Positions 28,793-40,602 are shown, counted from the stretch's first letter. The stretch is DNA of 64,000 nt from an uncultured Verrucomicrobiae bacterium (GCA_963772365.1 CAVYXA010000001.1:288001-352000); one strand, 5' to 3'. Numbers and translations: made by a program. The notes: generated by a model not told the origin, from the letters alone.

Positions 28793-29587
28793 ATGCCGAA
28801 ACGGAAGACAAACAAAGCGAAGAAGAAAAAATCTAAGACGAAGGTCGTCTCGAAGTCGCATTCGATTTTGAAAAAGGCCCGGCGTTCGGCCGCCAAAGCA
28901 CCGCCTTTGGCTGAGGGCCGCGTCCTCTTGGATGGGACAGTTGTCGGCACTGGATTTGTGCAGGAATCCGATCCGCGCGATGACGATTTTCCGCTCGGCG
29001 CAGTGGTCGGGGCCGTAAATGATCCTCGATCGAAGGAAAAGGTGTGGCAATTGCCGGCGCATTTGCTTAATCAAGGCAGCACAAACTCCTGCGTTGGCCA
29101 TTCCTGTACGCATTTTATTATGGCGGCGCCGATCATGAGTCACTCTGTCGATGCAATTGCGATCTGGCGGCGGGCTCAAGAGATCGACGAGTTTCCGGGC
29201 AATGAAGGAACCAACAGCGGGACGAGTGTGCGCGCCGGATTTAAGGTATTGCAGGAGAAAAATCTAATTACGGCCGATTATCGATGGGCTGCGGATGCCG
29301 ACGAAACATTGCGATTCATTCTGACCCGCGGTCCGGTTGTCGCCGGAACGAAGTGGTATCCCGGGATGAGTCAACCAGTAAACGGAACCATGCGGCTCAG
29401 CGGTAACGCTGGTTCGATGGGACACGCTTATCTTCTATTTGGATTTAGCCCCGATCATGACGCGTTTCTGATGGCCAATTCGTGGGGAGGGAGCTGGGGA
29501 ATTGATGGCTGCGCTTTTCTACCATACGACGCGCTGAATCAACTGATGCAACAGGGAGGAGTGGTATGTTCGGCTATCGAAGATTAA
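28793..29587 (+). CDS. Papain-like (C1) cysteine peptidase with Lys-rich N-terminus
   Basis: NQG..NSCVG (catalytic Cys), GHAY (His) and NSWG.SWG.DG (Asn). Confidence 0.85.
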   Translation: MPKRKTNKAKKKKSKTKVVSKSHSILKKARRSAAKAPPLAEGRVLLDGTVVGTGFVQESDPRDDDFPLGAVVGAVNDPRSKEKVWQLPAHLLNQGSTNSCVGHSCTHFIMAAPIMSHSVDAIAIWRRAQEIDEFPGNEGTNSGTSVRAGFKVLQEKNLITADYRWAADADETLRFILTRGPVVAGTKWYPGMSQPVNGTMRLSGNAGSMGHAYLLFGFSPDHDAFLMANSWGGSWGIDGCAFLPYDALNQLMQQGGVVCSAIED

Positions 29588-29847
29588 TCGCCGTCTGGTT
29601 CATTTGCTTTGCGGCGTTGACCGCATGCGTGTCGACTACCCCGGGCCCGGGTCCCATCCAGCCGACACCCGCGCCAGCGCACGGATTTCACATCACGCTT
29701 TATGACGTGAACGGAAACGTCGCGCATCGATATGATGTTAACTCGAATGACATCGTCCGAGACGATCCAATTCATCAAAACCTGTGGTTTCGAGTAAATG
29801 GACAGGAACAACACTTTCATGGCTCTTATCAAAAAGAGCCTTTTTAA
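29566..29847 (+). CDS. Small putative lipoprotein
   Basis: Hydrophobic leader ending in the lipobox LTAC, then a Pro-rich linker. Confidence 0.65.
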   Translation: MFGYRRLIAVWFICFAALTACVSTTPGPGPIQPTPAPAHGFHITLYDVNGNVAHRYDVNSNDIVRDDPIHQNLWFRVNGQEQHFHGSYQKEPF

Positions 29848-29954
29848 CGATTAGGGCGCTCGCAGCTCTTCGGTTCGTTGATCTTGGAATTAGCGGCGAT
29901 GCGGATTCAGTTTTGCACAGACTGCGGCATGGGGTTACATGATCGTTCTATTCA

Positions 29955-30419
29955 ATGAAGTTTTGGGTCCTAAGTCTCAGCCTCGTCTTTGCGGTTACTG
30001 CGTTTGGCGTGGATCCCGCGGAGCCAATCACAAAAGAAAAAATCTTCAACGCGATGCTGGCTTTTCGGGCGAATCCAATATCGCCAAGTGGCCACGCCGC
30101 AGGCGGATTAGTTATGCGGTTTGTCGATCAAAGTCACGACGTGGTGGTAAACCTTAATCCAAAGACGCTCCCGTTTCTCTCCGATCAATCGATACCGCCA
30201 AGACTTCGCAATACCCTGGTGGCGGCCTTTGTCATTGGGAATGTTGATTCGCAGCTCTTGCGCAACGAGAAAAAGAACGATTCGTACGCCGGCTTACTTC
30301 AGGTGATCGACACCTACAAGCAAATACAACAAAAGAATCCGCGGTTTCGAGTTTTCGACATCGAGCAATTGATCGAGATGCAAAAGAACGGGACGTTGAA
30401 AGAGTACGCTGCAGAGTAG
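29955..30419 (+). CDS. Exported hypothetical protein
   Basis: Signal peptide (MKFWVL...AFG); clean 154-aa ORF. Confidence 0.7.
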   Translation: MKFWVLSLSLVFAVTAFGVDPAEPITKEKIFNAMLAFRANPISPSGHAAGGLVMRFVDQSHDVVVNLNPKTLPFLSDQSIPPRLRNTLVAAFVIGNVDSQLLRNEKKNDSYAGLLQVIDTYKQIQQKNPRFRVFDIEQLIEMQKNGTLKEYAAE

Positions 30420-30514
30420 GAGCTACGGTGTGGGCGTTGGAAAAGCGTCACCAATATTCAAGTTTCAGTCCGTTTTAGCTAGCGGCAAAGCCGGATGAGC
30501 TCCGCAAAAATCCT

Positions 30515-30542
30515 TTGCAGCTTCTGATTTTGCTTCTATATT
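30515..30542 (+). promoter_or_regulatory. Putative sigma70 promoter of the str operon
   Basis: TTGCAG-N16-TATATT about 100 bp upstream of rpsL. Confidence 0.5.
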
Positions 30543-30643
30543 CGCCGCTCACCGCATCAGGCGCGTGACAGTTTAAACGCGGCCCGGTGCGGGTTTTTTG
30601 TCGCCGGAATCTCAACCCTTCAGGCGGCGCTTTGTTTAGAAAA

Positions 30644-31072
<429 letters not shown>

Positions 31073-31094
31073 GTTTTGAATTTTAGGATCGACA

Positions 31095-31568
31095 ATGTCG
31101 CGACGGAGAAAAGTCTACAAAAAAGAGGAGCGTGTCGATTCCCGTTATGGGAGTCCGGCGGTCGCCCGACTCATTTCTACCGTCATGAAGCGCGGCAAAA
31201 AATCGCTGGCTGAGCGGATAGTTTACACGGCGATCGATAAATCGCGCGAAGGCTCTGATTCCGTCGATCCGCTCGAGGTCGTAAACAAGGCGATCGAAAA
31301 CGTTCGCCCGCGTTTGGAAGTCAAATCCCGCCGAGTCGGCGGTGCGACCTATCAAGTACCGATGGAAGTAACGCCGGCGCGACAAATCTCGCTAGCCACG
31401 CGTTGGATCGTGCAATACGCGGATAAGCGCAAAGGCATGCCAATCTCGGATGCTTTGGCGCATGAAATTAAAGACGCTGCTTCCGGTCAGGGCAATGCAA
31501 TCAAGAAGCGCGAAGACACGCACAAGATGGCGCAAGCGAACCGCGCGTTTGCGCATTTCCGGTGGTAA
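31095..31568 (+). CDS. rpsG: 30S ribosomal protein S7
   Basis: [15 protein letters not shown]...[10 protein letters not shown]. Confidence 0.99.
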   Translation: MSRRRKVYKKEERVDSRYGSPAVARLISTVMKRGKKSLAERIVYTAIDKSREGSDSVDPLEVVNKAIENVRPRLEVKSRRVGGATYQVPMEVTPARQISLATRWIVQYADKRKGMPISDALAHEIKDAASGQGNAIKKREDTHKMAQANRAFAHFRW

Positions 31569-33757
31569 TGACTATGGCAACGGCGACAATCGAGAAAGAA
31601 AAGAAAGCTCCGGCGAAGAATCCGAATTCGCCGAACCGCAAGTTTCCGCTCGAGCGGACGCGTAACATTGGAATCGCGGCTCACATTGATGCGGGTAAAA
31701 CCACGATCACGGAGCGCGTGCTGTTTTACACGGGCATGATTCACAAGATGGGTGAGGTGCATGAAGGCACGACCGTCACCGACTGGATGGAGCAGGAACG
31801 TGAAAGGGGAATCACTATCACTTCGGCCGCGACGACTTGTTCCTGGTCCCAGAAGAAGGAAGAAGGCGTTTACAAGATTTTCGAAGGAATCAAGGAGCGT
31901 ATCAACATCATCGACACTCCTGGCCACGTCGATTTCACGGCCGAGGTCGAACGTTCGTTGCGAGTGCTCGATGGCGCGATCGCAGTTTTCGACGGAGTGG
32001 CCGGCGTGCAGCCGCAATCAGAAACGGTCTGGCGTCAGGCGACCAAGTACGACGTGCCGCGGCTCGCCTTTATTAATAAAATGGACCGGGTCGGCGCTGA
32101 CTTTGAGATGTCCGTGGGCAGCATTCACAAGAAACTGGGCGCGAACGCGTGGCCCGTTTTGCTACCGCTTGGCAAAGAGGACCAGCTTAAGGGGCAATTA
32201 GACGTTATTAATAAGAAGGCGATCATTTATTCCGACAGCGACCAGCTTGGATCGACATATGAAGTCACGGATTTGCCCAAGGAACATGTTGCTGCTGTCG
32301 ATAAGGCTTACAACAATCTGGTCGAGCAAATTTCGAATCTCGACGACGAAGTCGCCGAAGCTGTTTTGGAAGAAAAACCAATTACGCCGGAGCTTTTGAA
32401 GGCCGGCATTCGCCGGCAAACCATCGCGAATAAGTTCGTCCCAGTCATCGGTGGTTCGGCTTTGAAGAACATCGGTGTGCAGTATCTGGTCGATGCGGTA
32501 GTCGATTATCTGCCGAGTCCTCTCGATATTCCGGCAGCGAAAGGAATGGAGCCCGACACGCACGAGCCAATGGATGCGCCGACGGATGACAACGGAAACT
32601 TCTGCTCGCTGGCATTCAAACTTTGGAGCGATCCGTTTGTCGGGAAACTCGTTTTCTTCCGTGTTTACTCGGGCACGCTCAGCAAAGGCGACACGGTTTA
32701 CAATCCGCGCACGAATAAACGCGAACGCATTTCGCGTCTCATTCAGATTCAAGCCGATAAACGCGAAGACATCGAGACCTGTTACTCTGGCGACATCGCG
32801 GCGATTGTAGGAATCAAGAACATTACAACGGGTGACACGCTTTGCGACGAAGACCATCCGATTCTGCTCGAGCCGCCCACGTTTCCCGATCCTGTTATTT
32901 CAATGGCGATCGAGCCAAAAACAAAATTGGACCAGGAAAAAATGGGAATCGCGCTGCAGCGACTGGCCGAAGAAGATCCGACTTTCCGCGTCTACACTCA
33001 CGAGGACACCGGCCAGACGATCATCGCCGGCATGGGCGAGTTGCATTTGGAAATCATTCGCGACCGCATGTTCCGCGAGTTTAAAGTGGACGCGAACGCG
33101 GGCAAACCGCAGATCGCTTATCGGGAGACGATCACTGGAAGCGCCCATGGCGTTGGGAAGTTGATCAAGCAATCAGGCGGGCGAGGTCAGTACGGCCATG
33201 TGGAAGTGGATGTGCGGCCCGGCAGCCGCGGCACGGGTTTGGTTCTTGAGAATAAGATCGTCGGTGGCGTTATCCCACGCGAATACATCCCGGCGGTTAA
33301 GAAAGGCGTCGAAGAAGCGGTGCTCAACGGCGTGCTCGGCGGTTATCCCGTTGTCGATGTGGAAGTCGATATTGTTTACGGATCGTTCCACGAAGTCGAT
33401 TCGAACGAGCTCGCGTTCAAGATGGCGGCGATTTTCGCGATGAAAGACGGCTTCAAACAGGGCAAACCGATTTTGCTCGAACCGATCATGAAAGTGGAAA
33501 ACATCACGCCGGACGAATTTCAGGGCGACATTTGCGGTGACTTGAGTCGGCGCCGTGGCAGCATTAACAGCATTGAATCGCGCGGCAATCTGGCGATTAT
33601 TCATGCGGATGTTCCACTTGCCGAATTGTTCGGTTACGCGACCGCGATTCGGTCGTTGTCCAAAGGCCGATCGAGTTACTCGATGGAACCGTCACATTTC
33701 CAACAAGTGCCGGCGAATTTGGTCGCGGCGATTCTCGATCAGAAGGAGACAAAATGA
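31568..33757 (+). CDS. fusA: Elongation factor G
   Basis: [21 protein letters not shown] and GMGELHLE motifs. Confidence 0.99.
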   Translation: MTMATATIEKEKKAPAKNPNSPNRKFPLERTRNIGIAAHIDAGKTTITERVLFYTGMIHKMGEVHEGTTVTDWMEQERERGITITSAATTCSWSQKKEEGVYKIFEGIKERINIIDTPGHVDFTAEVERSLRVLDGAIAVFDGVAGVQPQSETVWRQATKYDVPRLAFINKMDRVGADFEMSVGSIHKKLGANAWPVLLPLGKEDQLKGQLDVINKKAIIYSDSDQLGSTYEVTDLPKEHVAAVDKAYNNLVEQISNLDDEVAEAVLEEKPITPELLKAGIRRQTIANKFVPVIGGSALKNIGVQYLVDAVVDYLPSPLDIPAAKGMEPDTHEPMDAPTDDNGNFCSLAFKLWSDPFVGKLVFFRVYSGTLSKGDTVYNPRTNKRERISRLIQIQADKREDIETCYSGDIAAIVGIKNITTGDTLCDEDHPILLEPPTFPDPVISMAIEPKTKLDQEKMGIALQRLAEEDPTFRVYTHEDTGQTIIAGMGELHLEIIRDRMFREFKVDANAGKPQIAYRETITGSAHGVGKLIKQSGGRGQYGHVEVDVRPGSRGTGLVLENKIVGGVIPREYIPAVKKGVEEAVLNGVLGGYPVVDVEVDIVYGSFHEVDSNELAFKMAAIFAMKDGFKQGKPILLEPIMKVENITPDEFQGDICGDLSRRRGSINSIESRGNLAIIHADVPLAELFGYATAIRSLSKGRSSYSMEPSHFQQVPANLVAAILDQKETK

Positions 33758-34065
33758 GCAACGGCCAGCGCATTCGCATCCGGTTGAAAGCTTTCGATCA
33801 CCGGATGCTGGATCAATCGGCCGTTGAAATCGTCGAAACGGCGAAGCGGACCGGTGCCCGCGTGGCCGGACCGATTCCGCTTCCGACATTGATCGAGAAG
33901 TTCACGGTGAATCGCTCACCCCATGTCGATAAGAAATCGATGGATCAATTTGAAATCCGCACCCACAAACGGCTGCTCGACATCATCGAGCCGACTGCGA
34001 AGACGGTGGATGAACTCAAGAAACTGAACCTGCCCGCCGGCGTGGACATTACGATCAAGATCTAA
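33754..34065 (+). CDS. rpsJ: 30S ribosomal protein S10
   Basis: [11 protein letters not shown]...GPIPLPT...RSPHVDKKS. Confidence 0.99.
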   Translation: MSNGQRIRIRLKAFDHRMLDQSAVEIVETAKRTGARVAGPIPLPTLIEKFTVNRSPHVDKKSMDQFEIRTHKRLLDIIEPTAKTVDELKKLNLPAGVDITIKI

Positions 34066-34093
34066 CGAAAACGAGAGTTGCAGACATACAATC

Positions 34094-34846
34094 ATGAGCA
34101 TCGGGTTACTTGGACAAAAGATCGGAATGACCAGCGTTTACGACGCCGATGGTCGCATGCGTCCTGTGACCGTGATCGCAGCAGGCGACAATGTTTTAGT
34201 CCGGCGTGTGACGATGGAGAATGATGGTTACTCAGCTGTTCAGGTGGGATACGATTCACAAAAGGAATCGCGAGTCGGAAAAGCCTTGTTAGGGGGATTC
34301 AAGAAGGCCGGCGTGGAACCAAAGAAATTCATCCGTGAATTCCGGCTCGAGGCAGATCTTCCTGAAGGAGAGATCGATCTTAGAGTGACCCAGTTTCAAG
34401 CGGGCGATTTTGTCGATGTTATCGGGCGCTCGAAAGGCAAAGGCTTCCAGGGCGTGATGAAGAAACACAACTTCCATGGTCAGGGCGCGGCCCATGGATC
34501 GAAGACGCATCGACGCAATGGGGCGATCGGAAATCGTTCCACGCCCGGACGAATCTGGAAAAATATGGGCATGCCTGGTCACCTCGGCGATGAGCGCGTG
34601 ACCGTACAAAATCTTCAGGTTATGCAGGTGCGAGAAGCGGAGAAGATTATCTTAATTAGCGGCGCGGTTCCGGGTGCGAATGGGAGTTATGTAGTGGTTC
34701 GCCCGGCGATCAAGAACCCTGGCGCGCGCATTGCGGCGCACCAGGCTCACGCAAAGGCGGACAAGGCCTCCGTGGTGAAAAGTCCGGCTGCGAGGAGGGC
34801 TGAGGCGCTTGCGGCAGCCAAGCCAGGCGAGGCGGAGAAGAAATGA
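34094..34846 (+). CDS. rplC: 50S ribosomal protein L3
   Basis: GLLG.KIGMT...SKGKGFQG. Confidence 0.99.
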   Translation: MSIGLLGQKIGMTSVYDADGRMRPVTVIAAGDNVLVRRVTMENDGYSAVQVGYDSQKESRVGKALLGGFKKAGVEPKKFIREFRLEADLPEGEIDLRVTQFQAGDFVDVIGRSKGKGFQGVMKKHNFHGQGAAHGSKTHRRNGAIGNRSTPGRIWKNMGMPGHLGDERVTVQNLQVMQVREAEKIILISGAVPGANGSYVVVRPAIKNPGARIAAHQAHAKADKASVVKSPAARRAEALAAAKPGEAEKK

Positions 34847-35451
34847 GCGCGAAAGTTTTAAGTAAAGCCGCCGCGAAAGAAGCGAAGATCGACATCATCG
34901 AAGATGGTCGTGGTACGCAAGCTCTTCACGATACTGTCGTGGCGATGCGAGCTGCGAGACGTTCCGGGACCGCCAATACGAAGACCAAAGCGGAAGTCGA
35001 TCTGTCGGGCGCGAAACCATGGCGACAGAAAGGAACCGGTCGCGCTCGCGCCGGCTACAAGTCTTCGCCCCTGTGGCGTGGAGGCGGAGTCGTATTTGGA
35101 CCGAAACCGCGCGACTATTCCAAGAAAGTATCCAAATCGGTGCGCCAGCTCGCATTTCGCAAAGCGCTGAGCGAGCGGATCAATGCCGGCGACGTGCTCA
35201 CCATCGAGAAATTTACTGTGCCGGAGATCAAGACCAAATCGTTCGTCGCGTTGCTGAAGAAACAAACAGATGCGGACAAGGTCCTTCTGATCTCAGATTC
35301 ATTTGACGAACCAACGTTCAAGTCAGCCCGGAACGTAAAGCCGATCAAACTGGCGACCGCGTCAGATGTAAATGCAGAACAATTGCTCGCCTTCGATAAA
35401 ATTTTGGTGACGCAGAAAGGGCTCGAACAACTAGCGGGAAGATTGAAATGA
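34843..35451 (+). CDS. rplD: 50S ribosomal protein L4
   Basis: KPWRQKGTGRARAG...GGGVVFGPKPR. Confidence 0.99.
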   Translation: MSAKVLSKAAAKEAKIDIIEDGRGTQALHDTVVAMRAARRSGTANTKTKAEVDLSGAKPWRQKGTGRARAGYKSSPLWRGGGVVFGPKPRDYSKKVSKSVRQLAFRKALSERINAGDVLTIEKFTVPEIKTKSFVALLKKQTDADKVLLISDSFDEPTFKSARNVKPIKLATASDVNAEQLLAFDKILVTQKGLEQLAGRLK

Positions 35452-35726
35452 ACGATCACGATATCATTCAGACCGCTTCATTGACCGAGAAGTCGACGTT
35501 AATGAGCGAGAAGCAGAACAAGTACGTTTTTCGCGTCAATCCCCGAGCGAACAAGATTCAGATCAAACAGGCGGTGCAGCGCTTGTTTCAGAAGCAGGTT
35601 GTCGATGTAAACACGTGCAATTATGCCGGCAAAGAAAAGCGGCTTCGCGGTCCGCTCGGGCGGCGTCCACATTGGAAAAAGGCAATTGTCACGTTGAAGG
35701 AAGGCGAGAAGATCGATCTCGTGTGA
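35448..35726 (+). CDS. rplW: 50S ribosomal protein L23
   Basis: TEKS...ANK.QIKQAV...WKKAIVTL. Confidence 0.98.
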   Translation: MNDHDIIQTASLTEKSTLMSEKQNKYVFRVNPRANKIQIKQAVQRLFQKQVVDVNTCNYAGKEKRLRGPLGRRPHWKKAIVTLKEGEKIDLV

Positions 35727-35733
35727 TTTTGCC

Positions 35734-36579
35734 ATGGCACTGAAAAATTATCGTCCACTGACACCGCCGCAGCGGTTCAAGTTGCTTCCTGGTTTTGACG
35801 AAATCACGAAGTGGAAACCGCATAAGGCTCTGGTTGAGCCAAAGAAGAAAACCGGCGGCCGGAACAATTACGGCCGATTAACTTCGCGACACATCGGCGG
35901 TGGTCACAAGCAGAAATATCGCAAGATCGATTTCAAGCGAGCCAAGCGCGGAGTAACGGCCGAAGTGCTCGGGATCGAATACGACCCGAACCGCTCGGCG
36001 CGAATTGCCCTGATCAAATATAGCGATGGCGAGCTGAGCTATATTCTTGCTCCAAATGGGCTCGCGGTAGGATCGACAGTCGCTGCTGGAGAGGATGTCG
36101 CGCCGCACATCGGCAACGCCTTGCCGCTTCGCGTCATTCCGTTAGGCACAAACATTCACAACATCGAATTGAAGCCGGGACGTGGTGGGCAAGTCGCGCG
36201 AAGCGCGGGGCAACAGGCAATCCTGAATAACCTCGAAGGCGGTTATGCGCTGGTGAAAATGCCTTCCGGTGAAGTGCGACGGATTCATGAGAACTGCTTT
36301 GCCACGATCGGTCAGGTCGGAAATGTCGATCACATGAACGTGGCCAGCGGCAAAGCCGGCCGCACTCGCTGGCAGGGACGACGACCGCACGTGCGCGGAA
36401 TGGTAATGAACCCGATTGATCACCCGATGGGCGGCGGCCAAGGTAAATCGAAGGGTGGCGGCGGCCGACATCATCCCGTCAGTCCATGGGGACAATTGGC
36501 AAAAGGATTTAAGACGCGTGCGAAACGGAAACCGAGCGATCGCTTTATTTTGGAAAGGCGAAAGAAGAAGAAGGCGTAA
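35734..36579 (+). CDS. rplB: 50S ribosomal protein L2
   Basis: IEYDPNRSA...[11 protein letters not shown]. Confidence 0.99.
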   Translation: MALKNYRPLTPPQRFKLLPGFDEITKWKPHKALVEPKKKTGGRNNYGRLTSRHIGGGHKQKYRKIDFKRAKRGVTAEVLGIEYDPNRSARIALIKYSDGELSYILAPNGLAVGSTVAAGEDVAPHIGNALPLRVIPLGTNIHNIELKPGRGGQVARSAGQQAILNNLEGGYALVKMPSGEVRRIHENCFATIGQVGNVDHMNVASGKAGRTRWQGRRPHVRGMVMNPIDHPMGGGQGKSKGGGGRHHPVSPWGQLAKGFKTRAKRKPSDRFILERRKKKKA

Positions 36580-36625
36580 CGAGTCGTCATGCGCCGCCGG
36601 ATTCATCCGCAAGAATTTGACTTTT

Positions 36626-36904
36626 ATGGCTAGATCATTGAAAAAAGGCCCCTTCGTCGATTTTCATCTTTTGGACAAGATCGACAAGATGAACGCCTCG
36701 GGCGGAAAAAAAGCGATCAAGACCTGGTCGCGCCGCTCGATGGTGACGCCGGATTTTGTCGGCCACACGTTTTTGGTTCATAACGGAAAGAATTTTAATT
36801 CTGTCTTTATCACCGAAAACATGGTGGGCCACAAACTTGGCGAATTTTCGCCTACGCGCGTGTTCAAGAAACACGGCGCGCATACGGCGAAGGTTACGAA
36901 ATAG
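36626..36904 (+). CDS. rpsS: 30S ribosomal protein S19
   Basis: [12 protein letters not shown]...[11 protein letters not shown]. Confidence 0.99.
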   Translation: MARSLKKGPFVDFHLLDKIDKMNASGGKKAIKTWSRRSMVTPDFVGHTFLVHNGKNFNSVFITENMVGHKLGEFSPTRVFKKHGAHTAKVTK

Positions 36905-36910
36905 AGAGAA

Positions 36911-36995
36911 GTTCCAATTGCCAATTTCCAATTTCCAATTGAGGAGACACGGCGGTTGCCGCACTCAATTGGCGATTGGCATTTGGCAATTGGCG
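36911..36995. repeat. Inverted heptamer repeat tract
   Basis: (TTCCAAT/TGCCAAT)x4 followed by complementary (ATTGGCG/ATTGGCA/TTTGGCA) units. Confidence 0.75.
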
Positions 36996-37760
36996 GTGTT
37001 AGGCGCGTTTGTCTGTTACGGCAGCGACGCGGGAAATAGTTCTTTGTCAGAATCCAAAGAGAGCGCGCAACCCACGGTCACGGCCACGGCGTTGCTGGCG
37101 CAGAATGAAGAGTTACGACACGAGTTGTCGATTGCTCAGGAGTCGGTGAAGACATTAAGCAGCAGTCTGGCGGAATCGAATGCCGAAGCAGAATTGTTTC
37201 GGCGCAAATATTCCGATTTAGAGCTGCGGATGGAAGGTCTGGGGCTCGCCGCGGCTAATAAAGACCGGGCGAAACTCGAACAGCGTCTCCTGACGGCGGT
37301 GAGCGATTTGCATCTCGCGCAGAAAGAACGCGAAGAATATCGCGATCAGATGCTCCGATTGCAGGAGGCGATGTTGCATTATTTGAAAACATCGCAGGCG
37401 GGCGACGCTCAGGCACGAATGGATGTGGAAACGCAACTGCGCAGCACGACCCAGCTCACGACAAGATCGACAAATTCTCCGGCCGATCCGGCAAGGCCGG
37501 GTTTGATGGACGGCAGCGTGATCAGTGTGAAGGAGGATTGGTCGTTTGTGGTCGGCAATATCGGGGGAAACCATGGCGTGAAAATTGGCATGCCGATGCG
37601 AGTGATGCAGGGCGATCAGAGGATTGCGAGTGTGCGAGTGGTTGATGTTCGACAGAGAATTTGCGGTGCAATTGTTCAGGAAATGGATTCGAAAAAAGAA
37701 CGGATAAAAGTGGGCGATCGCCTTCAGGTGGACGCGAAGCCCAACGTAAGTTTGAAATAA
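36918..37760 (+). CDS. Hypothetical exported/membrane-anchored coiled-coil protein inside the S10 operon
   Basis: The ORF fills the rpsS-rplV gap. It has an N-terminal hydrophobic stretch, long heptad helices and a C-terminal beta domain (FVV.NIG..HGVKIG...VGD). Start uncertain (TTG 36918 or 36939). Confidence 0.8.
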   Translation: MPISNFQLRRHGGCRTQLAIGIWQLAVLGAFVCYGSDAGNSSLSESKESAQPTVTATALLAQNEELRHELSIAQESVKTLSSSLAESNAEAELFRRKYSDLELRMEGLGLAAANKDRAKLEQRLLTAVSDLHLAQKEREEYRDQMLRLQEAMLHYLKTSQAGDAQARMDVETQLRSTTQLTTRSTNSPADPARPGLMDGSVISVKEDWSFVVGNIGGNHGVKIGMPMRVMQGDQRIASVRVVDVRQRICGAIVQEMDSKKERIKVGDRLQVDAKPNVSLK

Positions 37761-37762
37761 AA

Positions 37763-38242
37763 ATGGAAGTTAGATCGATTTACAAATATGCGCGGATTTC
37801 GCCGTTTAAGGTGCGCGAAGTCACGCGAGAGATTCAGGGACTGCCGGTCTCGGCGGCGCTCGATCTACTCGCTTTTACTCCGAAAAAAGCGGCGTTTCTC
37901 ATTGGTAAAACGCTGAAGAGCGCTGTCGCAAACGCGGAGAACAACGCGAACCTCAAGCCTGATGGTTTGGTGGTGAAAGAGGCTGTCGTGGGCGAAGGAC
38001 CAACGATCAAGCGGATCATGGCGCGTGCCCGAGGTAGCGCCAGTGGAATCCTGAAGCGGACGAGTCATATCCGCATCGTGCTGTCGGATGAAATTGCGAT
38101 TGAAACGCGCGAGACGCGAAAAGCAAAACGCAAAACCGAAGAAAAGGCCGCAAAGAAAACGACAGCGGGCGAGGAAGGATCGACAACAGAAGAGAAAAAA
38201 CCGAAGGGCAAGAGAGCGGTATCGAAGAAACCGAAAAAGTAA
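37763..38242 (+). CDS. rplV: 50S ribosomal protein L22
   Basis: ARISPFKVR...SAVANAENN...KRTSHI; Lys-rich tail. Confidence 0.99.
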   Translation: MEVRSIYKYARISPFKVREVTREIQGLPVSAALDLLAFTPKKAAFLIGKTLKSAVANAENNANLKPDGLVVKEAVVGEGPTIKRIMARARGSASGILKRTSHIRIVLSDEIAIETRETRKAKRKTEEKAAKKTTAGEEGSTTEEKKPKGKRAVSKKPKK

Positions 38243-38247
38243 TCGTT

Positions 38248-38937
38248 ATGGGACAAAAAGTTAATCCGATTGGTTTTCGACTGGGCGTAAATCGCGACTG
38301 GCGCTCGCGCTGGTACGCATCGCCTCAGGAATTGCCGGCTTTTCTTCATAGCGATCTGGAGATTCGCGGTTACGTGAAAAAGAAGCTCCAGTTCGCCGCG
38401 GTATCCAAAATTGTCATCGAGCGGGCGTGGAACAGCATTCGCGTCACCATTTTTACCGCGCGTCCAGGGATAGTGATCGGACGCAAAGGCGCCGAGATCG
38501 AGAAGATGACCGAAGAAATTTCCAAGATGGCCCAGGGCAAACAGATTAAGATCGACATCCAGGAGATCAAACAGCCCGAGCTCGACGCGCAGTTAGTCGC
38601 GGAGAACGTGGCGCTGCAAATCGAGCGTCGGATTGCCTATCGGCGCGCGATGAAAAAGGCGGTGCAAACGGCGATGGATTTCGGTGCGCAGGGCATTCGC
38701 CTCCGGTGCTCCGGACGCCTCAATGGCGCGGAAATTTCGCGCTCGGAATGGTATCGGGAAGGGAAAGTACCGCTGCACACGTTGCGCACTGGAATTGATT
38801 ATGGATTCGCCGAGGCGAATACGGTTTACGGGAAGATCGGCGTGAAATGCTGGATGTGTAAGAAAGAAGAGGCTCCGAGCGAACCACCCCCCGCAGCTGC
38901 GCCACCGCCACCACCCGCTGAGCCTGCTGCAGTTTAA
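38248..38937 (+). CDS. rpsC: 30S ribosomal protein S3
   Basis: [13 protein letters not shown]...PLHTLR. Confidence 0.99.
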   Translation: MGQKVNPIGFRLGVNRDWRSRWYASPQELPAFLHSDLEIRGYVKKKLQFAAVSKIVIERAWNSIRVTIFTARPGIVIGRKGAEIEKMTEEISKMAQGKQIKIDIQEIKQPELDAQLVAENVALQIERRIAYRRAMKKAVQTAMDFGAQGIRLRCSGRLNGAEISRSEWYREGKVPLHTLRTGIDYGFAEANTVYGKIGVKCWMCKKEEAPSEPPPAAAPPPPPAEPAAV

Positions 38938-38951
38938 CGGAGAAGAGAAGT

Positions 38952-39377
38952 ATGCCATTAATGCCCAAACGTGTGAAGTATCGGAAGACCCAGCGGGGAA
39001 GCCGCAAGGGGACTGCTTCGCGCAATCTTAAGATCGATTTCGGCGAATTCGGCCTGCAGACTCTCGAGCGAGCGTGGATTACTAACACGCAATTGGAGGC
39101 CGCGCGCGTGGCGCTAACTCGCAACATGAAGCGCAAAGGCAAATTGTGGATCCGCATTTTCCCTGACAAATCAGTTACGGCGCGTCCGCCGGAAACGCGA
39201 ATGGGTAAGGGAAAAGGCCAGCCGGAATTCTGGGTCGCAACGGTCAAGCCTGGAAATATCCTTTTCGAATTGGATGGAGTGCCGGAGTCAGTCGCGCGCG
39301 AATCGCTTCGCCTGGCGGCGGACAAATTACCGGTCCGAACCAAGTTTTTAACACGTCACCATGTGAGGGCAGCCTAA
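38952..39377 (+). CDS. rplP: 50S ribosomal protein L16
   Basis: PKRVKYRK...RMGKGKG. Confidence 0.99.
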   Translation: MPLMPKRVKYRKTQRGSRKGTASRNLKIDFGEFGLQTLERAWITNTQLEAARVALTRNMKRKGKLWIRIFPDKSVTARPPETRMGKGKGQPEFWVATVKPGNILFELDGVPESVARESLRLAADKLPVRTKFLTRHHVRAA

Positions 39378-39378
39378 G

Positions 39379-39582
39379 ATGAAGATGAAGGAAATCATCG
39401 ACATGACGACGGATGAATTGCACACGAAGACGCGCGATCTGCGTCAGGAAAAGCTGCACCTGCGTCTGCAACAACAAAGTGGACAGTTGGAACAGCCAAG
39501 CCGTTTACGGCTGGTTCGACGCGACATCGCCCGGATTGAAACCGTTCTGACGCAGAGATCGAAGCAAGAGGTGCAGAAATAA
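39379..39582 (+). CDS. rpmC: 50S ribosomal protein L29
   Basis: GQLE.PSR.R.VRRDIARI.T. Confidence 0.97.
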   Translation: MKMKEIIDMTTDELHTKTRDLRQEKLHLRLQQQSGQLEQPSRLRLVRRDIARIETVLTQRSKQEVQK

Positions 39583-39585
39583 TTT

Positions 39586-39918
39586 ATGGCCGAACAAGAT
39601 CGACAATCGATGGAGCAGGCTGGGCCAACTCCCCCGGCTACAGCGACGCCGCCACCATTGCCGGCCTCTGTTACCCGAAGCTCGCGCAAGACACGAACCG
39701 GGGAAGTAATTTCCGATCGGATGAACAAAACGATCGTCGTGCGCACAGTGACGCGCGTGCCGCACCCGCGCTTCGGCAAGATCGTTAAGCAAATGAAGAA
39801 GTTTTACGTGCACGACGAAGAGAACAAAGCAAAGACGGGCGACACGGTCCGGATCATGGAGACGCGCCCCTTGAGCAAGTTGAAGCGGTGGCGTCTCGTT
39901 GAGGTTTTGCAGAAATAA
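39586..39918 (+). CDS. rpsQ: 30S ribosomal protein S17
   Basis: G.V.SDRM.KTIVV...ETRPLSK.KRW; Pro-rich N-terminal extension. Confidence 0.98.
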   Translation: MAEQDRQSMEQAGPTPPATATPPPLPASVTRSSRKTRTGEVISDRMNKTIVVRTVTRVPHPRFGKIVKQMKKFYVHDEENKAKTGDTVRIMETRPLSKLKRWRLVEVLQK

Positions 39919-39940
39919 ATGGAGTGAGAGGACAAACTCG

Positions 39941-40306
39941 ATGGTACAGATTCGATCCAGATTGGATGTAGCTGATAACACTGGCGCGCGCATGGCGACG
40001 ATGATCGGTGTGATCGGCAAGCGTACCCTGTATGCGCGGGTCGGGGACGTCATTACTGCGAACGTGAAAGAAGCCAGTGCGAGCGGCACTGTAAAAAAAG
40101 GTGAAGTCGTTCGGGCAGTGCTGGTGCGCACACGGCAACCTGTAAAGCGCGAAGATGGATCGCTGTTGCGCTTTGATAACAATGCAATCGTTATCATCGA
40201 CAAAGATTTGAATCCGCGCGGAACGCGCATTTTCGGACCGGTCGCGCGCGAACTGCGCGAGCGCAACTTCATGAAAATTGTTTCGCTGGCTCCGGAGGTT
40301 TTATGA
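39941..40306 (+). CDS. rplN: 50S ribosomal protein L14
   Basis: VADNTGA...[13 protein letters not shown]...SLAPEVL. Confidence 0.99.
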   Translation: MVQIRSRLDVADNTGARMATMIGVIGKRTLYARVGDVITANVKEASASGTVKKGEVVRAVLVRTRQPVKREDGSLLRFDNNAIVIIDKDLNPRGTRIFGPVARELRERNFMKIVSLAPEVL

Positions 40307-40602
40307 ATCGGATGAAATTTCACGTGAAGAAGGGCGATGAGGTCGAAGTGATCTCGGGGAATTTTCGCGGCTCGACTGGCAAAGTTCTCGCGGTGATCCC
40401 GAGCAAACAGCGTGTGCTTATTGAGGGCGTGCGGATTATTAAAAAGCATCTGCGCAAATCGCAGGACAATCCCACGGGCAAGATCGCCGAGCGTGAGGGC
40501 CCGATCCATATTTCGAACGTGAAGTTAATTGGCGCCGAGAAAAAGGCGGACAGGAAAACTAAGAAGAAGCCCAAAAAAGAAGCTGAGAAGAAGGCGGCAT
40601 GA
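40303..40602 (+). CDS. rplX: 50S ribosomal protein L24
   Basis: KKGDEV.VISG...E.PIHISNV. Confidence 0.98.
   Translation: MNRMKFHVKKGDEVEVISGNFRGSTGKVLAVIPSKQRVLIEGVRIIKKHLRKSQDNPTGKIAEREGPIHISNVKLIGAEKKADRKTKKKPKKEAEKKAA

Noticed and set aside
36580..36625. Hairpin between rplB and rpsS as a regulatory leader
   Set aside because: The stems are short and I cannot distinguish them from chance without an alignment.
39505..40509. 334-aa minus-strand ORF and similar long antisense ORFs
   Set aside because: These are shadows of highly biased ribosomal and housekeeping genes.
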